Part shown: in pieces, positions 59,157-64,000 of the stretch
Numbering within the stretch: position 1 is the first letter of the stretch
Layout: every line of letters begins with the position of its first letter
IMG/VR virus record: IMGVR_UViG_3300044712_001937
Coordinates: 124,001-188,000 of that record
DNA: 64,000 nucleotides
Strand: one strand, 5' to 3'
Program-made: the position numbers and the translations under genes
The notes under the pieces: generated by a model
Database searches by the model: none
What the model was told of the DNA's origin: nothing
The model's input: the letters and a program-made list of their open reading frames with translations, nothing else

Positions 59157-59960
59157 ATGAAAGAATTTAAATCAATCGCTAATGCAAAGAAATTAACTAA
59201 ACTTACTTATTTAGGTGATGTTAATAAAAGCGCAAAATTAGCTAAAAATGGTAAAATTTCACACCAAATGACTTATGGAATTTACCTTGCTCCTGCAAAT
59301 GTTTCAGGTTATAATACCTGTCCTTTCTCTACTCCTGAATGCCGTAAAGGTTGTTTAGCCACATCCGGTCGTGCTGGTATGGAAATAATGGCAGGTAAAA
59401 CCAAAATTGAAAATTGTAGAACTACAAAAACAAAATTATTTTACGAAAATAATGAGTTTTTTATGCAATGGTTAATTGCTGAAATGCTAAACCATAAAAC
59501 CAATGCTGAAAAAAATGGTTACGGTTTTTCTGCCCGTTTAAATTGCACCAGTGATATTGACTGGCAAAATACCTATTATAATGGTAAAAATATCTTTGAG
59601 ATATTTCCTGACGTTCAATTCTACGATTATACAAAGAACCCTAACAAGTTCAATAATAAGCCTTTAAACTATCATTTAACTTTCTCATATACAGGTAAAA
59701 ACTGGGTTAAATGTAAAGAGTTACTTGAAGTTGGTTATAATATCTCAATGATATTCAACGTAAAAGACGAAAACTTATTTCCAAAAACATTTGGCGGTTA
59801 TGAAGTTGTTAACGGTGACAAAACAGATTATAGGGTTAACGATGGCAATGGTAAGATAATTGGTTTGAAATTTAAACGTATTGCTGACCAATTGGCACAA
59901 AAAGAAGTTATCAATAGTTGTTTTGTAGTTCAACCAGATAACGAACTTTGCCAGTTTTAA
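59157..59960 (+). CDS. GP88-family protein
   Basis: LAPA..SGYNTCP..TPEC..GCL..SGR; RLNCTSDI; FYDYTK; YHLTFS; GD.TD.R. Confidence 0.8.
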   Translation: MKEFKSIANAKKLTKLTYLGDVNKSAKLAKNGKISHQMTYGIYLAPANVSGYNTCPFSTPECRKGCLATSGRAGMEIMAGKTKIENCRTTKTKLFYENNEFFMQWLIAEMLNHKTNAEKNGYGFSARLNCTSDIDWQNTYYNGKNIFEIFPDVQFYDYTKNPNKFNNKPLNYHLTFSYTGKNWVKCKELLEVGYNISMIFNVKDENLFPKTFGGYEVVNGDKTDYRVNDGNGKIIGLKFKRIADQLAQKEVINSCFVVQPDNELCQF

Positions 59961-60080
59961 CCATAATAAAGCACACTATTAAATTGGTGTGCTTTATTAT
60001 TTGCGGTGAATAAATAAACTATTAGCCTTAAATTTTGCGGTGAATATTAATGTACAAGTTTTAATTAAAAACATACTATT

Positions 60081-61891
60081 ATGGATAAGTTTTATATTGA
60101 TAGACAATTTGGTCAACCAATTTTTATAGATGTTGAAATGGGTATAGTTCAAAACTGTTATAATGAAAGTGAAAACTTTAATAATAAAATGAATGAACAT
60201 TATAAAGGCAAAGAAATATCTTTTCTTAAAACCGATTTCGAGAATAGAATGAAAGGTACTTACCATAATGTACGTTCATTATCCGTTTGTACTGCCCTTA
60301 ATAAAATTGATGCTGTTAAGTCTAAGATACAAAACATTAATAATCTCATTGGTAGCTTAGACTCTAAAAATAGTAGAATTCCTGAGCTTAAAGAAACAAT
60401 TAAAGAGTATGAGATTGAGCAATCTAAGTTTGAAAAGGAATTGATTTCGGAGCGTCAAAGAATGATATCTGAACATAAATATAACTTTCCAGTATAACAA
60501 TTTTAATTAAAAATGTTTAACCTAATCTAAATAATTATGAGCAAAGTTAAAGAATTTTCCAGAAATGAACTTGTCCAAACCATTCTCGATAACACTAAGA
60601 AAGAGTTAACAGGTGTTAAGACTATTGAAACTGTTGACAATAGTACCAAGGATAGTATTGAAACTATTCTTGAAAGCACAAAAGAGTTCTTAGATACTCT
60701 TTCGTATGATGAGCTTACAGTAATGGTAGAGGCTATATAAAACACATAATGTGTTAAGTATCATTTATGCTTGTGTGTAATTGATTTTGTTAGAGAAAAT
60801 AAAAATTCCTGAATTATAGTTATTCAGGAATTTTTTTATATTTATATATATACAATTATAACAATCTACAATGAGAATAGAGCAATTAGATAATGCTGCA
60901 TTGGAAAATGCACGTAGGAGTTTTATTGATAATATTAATCAAATTATCGGTGAAAACAATAATGACTATGTACGAATGTGGTTAGAAAAATTGTCATTGT
61001 ATGAACTAAAACAATTGTACGAAGACTTTCAAAGAATCAATTCCAATAAGAATAATCATTGTACGTGTTTTTAATTAAAACTATTGTACATATATTTCCC
61101 GGTTTGTTTTGTAACATTTAATTCTATTGTACGTATACCATTGTACAACCAATAAAAAAAATAAACAAATGAAAAAATCAATTCTTAATGTAATTAATAA
61201 ATGTTATAGTATATATCAAGAATCTGGTTATGGTGCAGCTATTGACCATATCGAAGCTATGAGAGCTGATAAGAAACCAGTTTATACTGATATCGTTTAT
61301 GAGCATTGTACGGAGTGTGATAACGATATGCCAAGCTTAAACCATATCTGTTTAATCTGTGGACAAGGTACAAGCATACCTATTAGTAATGTACATGTTC
61401 CAGAGTTCATTCAAAATATGGATTGGAAATTACTCAGAGAACAAAAAGAAACTATACTCACTATTGTTAAATGGAATAAAATTCCATTGTTAAACGAAAA
61501 TTTGGAAGGTATTATCTCATTATTGGATAGTGTTCAGGATTATGCTGTTGATGTCGCTGGCTATTCCGAAACAGATGTATTTCTGTTTGATAGGGATGAC
61601 CAGAAAGAAGAAAACGCTAAGAAAGAAGTAAAGAGATTATTGGGCGATATTCCTGATGGTGAATATACTGCCAATTTTAACGCTAATAAATGTACAGAAG
61701 GTTTAAAAATCATCGGTTATCAAATAATAAATGATGATACAAATGATTTACATCCAGATATGGAAGGAAGCTTCTGTATATATTCAAAGGAGCAATGCGA
61801 AGAAATTTTAAACCATGAACCTAATAAATCTTTTAGACTTCTTCCAATACATGAAGGAGATATAGAAGAACCTACATTCATGAACATATAA
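60081..61891 (+). CDS. Hypothetical genes (60081-60497, 60537-60740, 60871-61074, 61169-61891)
   Basis: ORFs; Zn-ribbon CTECD..CLICG in the last. Confidence 0.6.
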
Positions 61892-61961
61892 TTTAAAATT
61901 TAATATTTTTATTGTATTTATATAAAATAATTATTATTTTTACTTAATTAAATTTTATAAT

Positions 61962-62153
61962 ATGAAAAAAGTTCTCATTATTTCAGCATTAATTGCATGT
62001 ATGAGTTTTAGTTTTTCTCAAACTAATGCTCAATGTATTGTAACAAAAGTTGATGGTGTAAACCCAACTTCCTTGTATCCAGAACCGCCTCCAGATATTC
62101 CGCCTGAAGGCGGACCTGGCCCTGATACTGGCGGTCCTGGAAATCCAAAATAA
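61962..62153 (+). CDS. Small secreted peptide with Pro/Gly-rich tail
   Basis: Signal peptide MKKVLIISALIACMSFS; PEPPPDIPPEGGPGP. Confidence 0.6.
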   Translation: MKKVLIISALIACMSFSFSQTNAQCIVTKVDGVNPTSLYPEPPPDIPPEGGPGPDTGGPGNPK

Positions 62154-62266
62154 GGAGTTTAAAACTCCGGAATGTTCTATGAATGTTCCGGAGTTTTTAT
62201 TTAAACTGATTAGTAATGATATTTATTAAATTCTTTTTTTAAGTATGTATATAAAATACTGGAATT

Positions 62267-62611
62267 ATGTTAACACAAGAAGTATTAGACAATCACATTC
62301 TTTATTTAAAAAAGAATAAATATAGAAACAAAATCCAAGAACTTAAACTTGAGCATTGTACAGATAATAAAGGCGACTATATCTATCTTGTTCAAATCAT
62401 TATAAAAAAATCATTACGCAATACCGGATATGGCTCTCTGGTATTGTCCGAAGTTATTAAAATAGCTAATGAACATAATGTACGCATTAAATTATGGGTT
62501 AGTGGTATACTCGGTGGTGATGTTAAAAGATTATACGAATTCTATGGCAAACATGGATTCTTTTTAATTAAAAAAGATAATGATGGATATATGATTTATA
62601 ATCCACATTGA
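62267..62611 (+). CDS. GNAT-family acetyltransferase
   Basis: LRNTGYGS motif A; FYGKHGF. Confidence 0.8.
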   Translation: MLTQEVLDNHILYLKKNKYRNKIQELKLEHCTDNKGDYIYLVQIIIKKSLRNTGYGSLVLSEVIKIANEHNVRIKLWVSGILGGDVKRLYEFYGKHGFFLIKKDNDGYMIYNPH

Positions 62612-62643
62612 AACATTTTTATTTAAAATCCGTATACATAATT

Positions 62644-62682
62644 GTCAGGGTTATACTTGGGTGAAGTAATCCAACCCTGCCT
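62644..62682 (+). ncRNA. Small hairpin RNA, copy 2
   Basis: cagggt-tatacttgggtgaagtaatcca-accctg after TGAAAC-N16-CGTA. Confidence 0.5.
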
Positions 62683-62858
62683 TATATTTTAACTTTAGAA
62701 TAATTCTAAATTAGGTAGGTAGACTACTGATAATACAATCTATTTAATGAAACCATTGTACATATTTTAATTAATACCATTGTACGGTTATATTTTTTGG
62801 TTTATCTGTAACAATTTATTCTTACTCTCGTATCATACACTAACCAATAAATATTATT

Positions 62859-63668
62859 ATGAAACATAAAAATACAATTCCAGAACCTAATATTAATGAA
62901 GTTAATACAAACTGGTCAACTCCCTCATTGTCATTATTTTCTGCTATTAACAGTTTAAGAAAAGCTTTAAGTAGCGGCTATAAAGCACAATTAATCAGAA
63001 TGGTAAATGAAGATTGTGCTTATCCTATACTCGAAGACATTAAGAAATTAAAACAAGATTTCCGGGAATATACTGGTAATGGTGCATATATGCAAACCCG
63101 TGAAGATATCCTCAACAATACATCATACTCCGATTTTGAAAAACATCTCATGCTTAACTATAATACAGTTTTTGGTACAAGAGAAGCTATGCTTGAATAT
63201 TACCAAACTGGTAAACTTTCTAAAGATAACTTCTTTGGAGCTGGTATTTCACATCTGGTTAAAGTATCAGATATGGTTGAGTATTTAAAAGCAAACAATC
63301 AAGACGGTTCTGAAACTGAACGTATTGATATATTTACCAAACAATATCTAACTCTGGAAACCTCTGGTAAAAAACAATGGTACGATAATGTTAAACCTAT
63401 CAATGCCAGAAATAATCGTGTACCAAAGAAATTTAACCATAAGGTTTGGGTGGTACAAATATTGAACGAGAAACAGGGTAAACCTAATATCCCACTATAC
63501 CAAAGGTTTTTAATTAAAACGTTCAATATGGTTTTATACCCACTAAAATTCATACCTGTTAAATCGGTACTTAGAATGAATGAGTATAGTAATTATACCT
63601 TTCGAATTGGAGATGTGGTTAATGGTTTCTCTGTTGAGTTCCAGATACCAAAGAAATTTAAGTTTTAA
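62859..63668 (+). CDS. Hypothetical protein
   Basis: ORF. Confidence 0.7.
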   Translation: MKHKNTIPEPNINEVNTNWSTPSLSLFSAINSLRKALSSGYKAQLIRMVNEDCAYPILEDIKKLKQDFREYTGNGAYMQTREDILNNTSYSDFEKHLMLNYNTVFGTREAMLEYYQTGKLSKDNFFGAGISHLVKVSDMVEYLKANNQDGSETERIDIFTKQYLTLETSGKKQWYDNVKPINARNNRVPKKFNHKVWVVQILNEKQGKPNIPLYQRFLIKTFNMVLYPLKFIPVKSVLRMNEYSNYTFRIGDVVNGFSVEFQIPKKFKF

Positions 63669-63686
63669 ATATAAATCATTGTATAT

Positions 63687-63920
63687 ATGAATAATCAAAA
63701 AGTTAAAACAATTGCTGCTAATTCAGCAGCAATGTTAGAATTAGAATTACAAGAACTAATTAATAATAACTGCAATATAATAGCTGTAGTTCCAGCAATA
63801 TCTTCAATAGGTAGGTATAATTCATCTAATGGATATTCAGATTCAATTTATGTTGTAGTCTACGAAACTAAACCTTCCGTTAGTGTTTTACCTAATGGTG
63901 GTACTATTGTACAAATATAA
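63687..63920 (+). CDS. Hypothetical protein
   Basis: ORF. Confidence 0.55.
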   Translation: MNNQKVKTIAANSAAMLELELQELINNNCNIIAVVPAISSIGRYNSSNGYSDSIYVVVYETKPSVSVLPNGGTIVQI

Positions 63921-64000
63921 AATATTAACAAAAATACTTAATTTGCTTTATAGTTTTGATTTTTTATCTAAGGATTTTTTGTATATTGAAAGTAAAATCA

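Larger units (their letters stand above)
51321..62835 (+). promoter_or_regulatory. About 20 copies of ECF-type promoter TGTAAC-N16-CGTA, many with a shared 5' UTR
   Basis: e.g. 51321, 51756, 52432, 52708, 53241, 53813, 54373, 54715, 55008, 56658, 57329, 58045, 58276, 58556, 59101, 61110, 62609, 62808. Confidence 0.85.

Noticed and set aside
58834-59157. 107-aa minus-strand ORF
   Set aside because: Antisense to the promoter/terminator-bounded structured region; atypical composition.
51321-59160. CRISPR array or integron attC sites
   Set aside because: Repeats are promoter/UTR units separated by whole genes; no constant spacer length, cas gene or integrase.
1-64000. Genome-wide TAG reassignment (code 15)
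   Set aside because: Long genes are intact under code 11; in-frame TAGs were seen only in pth2 and the mini-ORF. Cannot be excluded outside this window.

Overview
Very AT-rich, gene-dense segment that looks like a large (jumbo-type) Bacteroidota phage genome. Support: host-type TAnnTTTG promoters, no evident Shine-Dalgarno motifs, many homing endonucleases, phage nucleotide-metabolism genes. 1-9 kb: RNR C-terminus, SF2 helicase, HNH, NAMPT, vWA protein. 9-13 kb: reverse-strand cassette of signal-peptide beta-helix/YadA-like proteins. 13.2-24.1 kb: a large tRNA array with many atypical tRNAs (long-V-arm Cys/Asn/Ile, 8/4 Ser, Gly-ACC, Ile-UAU, D-loop-displaced Ile, insert-bearing Ser, amber suppressor). 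The array is preceded by an apparent leader-peptide attenuator and contains a 23S rRNA helix-11 mimic and a minimal RNase P RNA with a GIY-YIG ORF looped out of P19. 27.8-30 kb: an unannotated Pth2-like peptidyl-tRNA hydrolase gene with an amber codon at codon 3, plus a second amber-interrupted mini-ORF (MKDT*IHSRPP*), suggesting amber-readthrough control. 30-48 kb: metabolic and accessory genes (dNTP diphosphohydrolase-HAD fusion, metallophosphoesterase, NTase, EXD2-like HNH, GMP reductase, polyvalent ART protein, methyltransferase) and a reverse-strand operon of anticodon-less tRNA mimics. About 49 kb: G-rich island and compositional switch (possible terminus or origin). 50-64 kb: a phage ECF sigma factor followed by small gene cassettes, most behind a TGTAAC-N16-CGTA promoter, plus a roughly 290-nt GC-rich structured RNA candidate. 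All calls are by eye from the sequence; no database searches were run.
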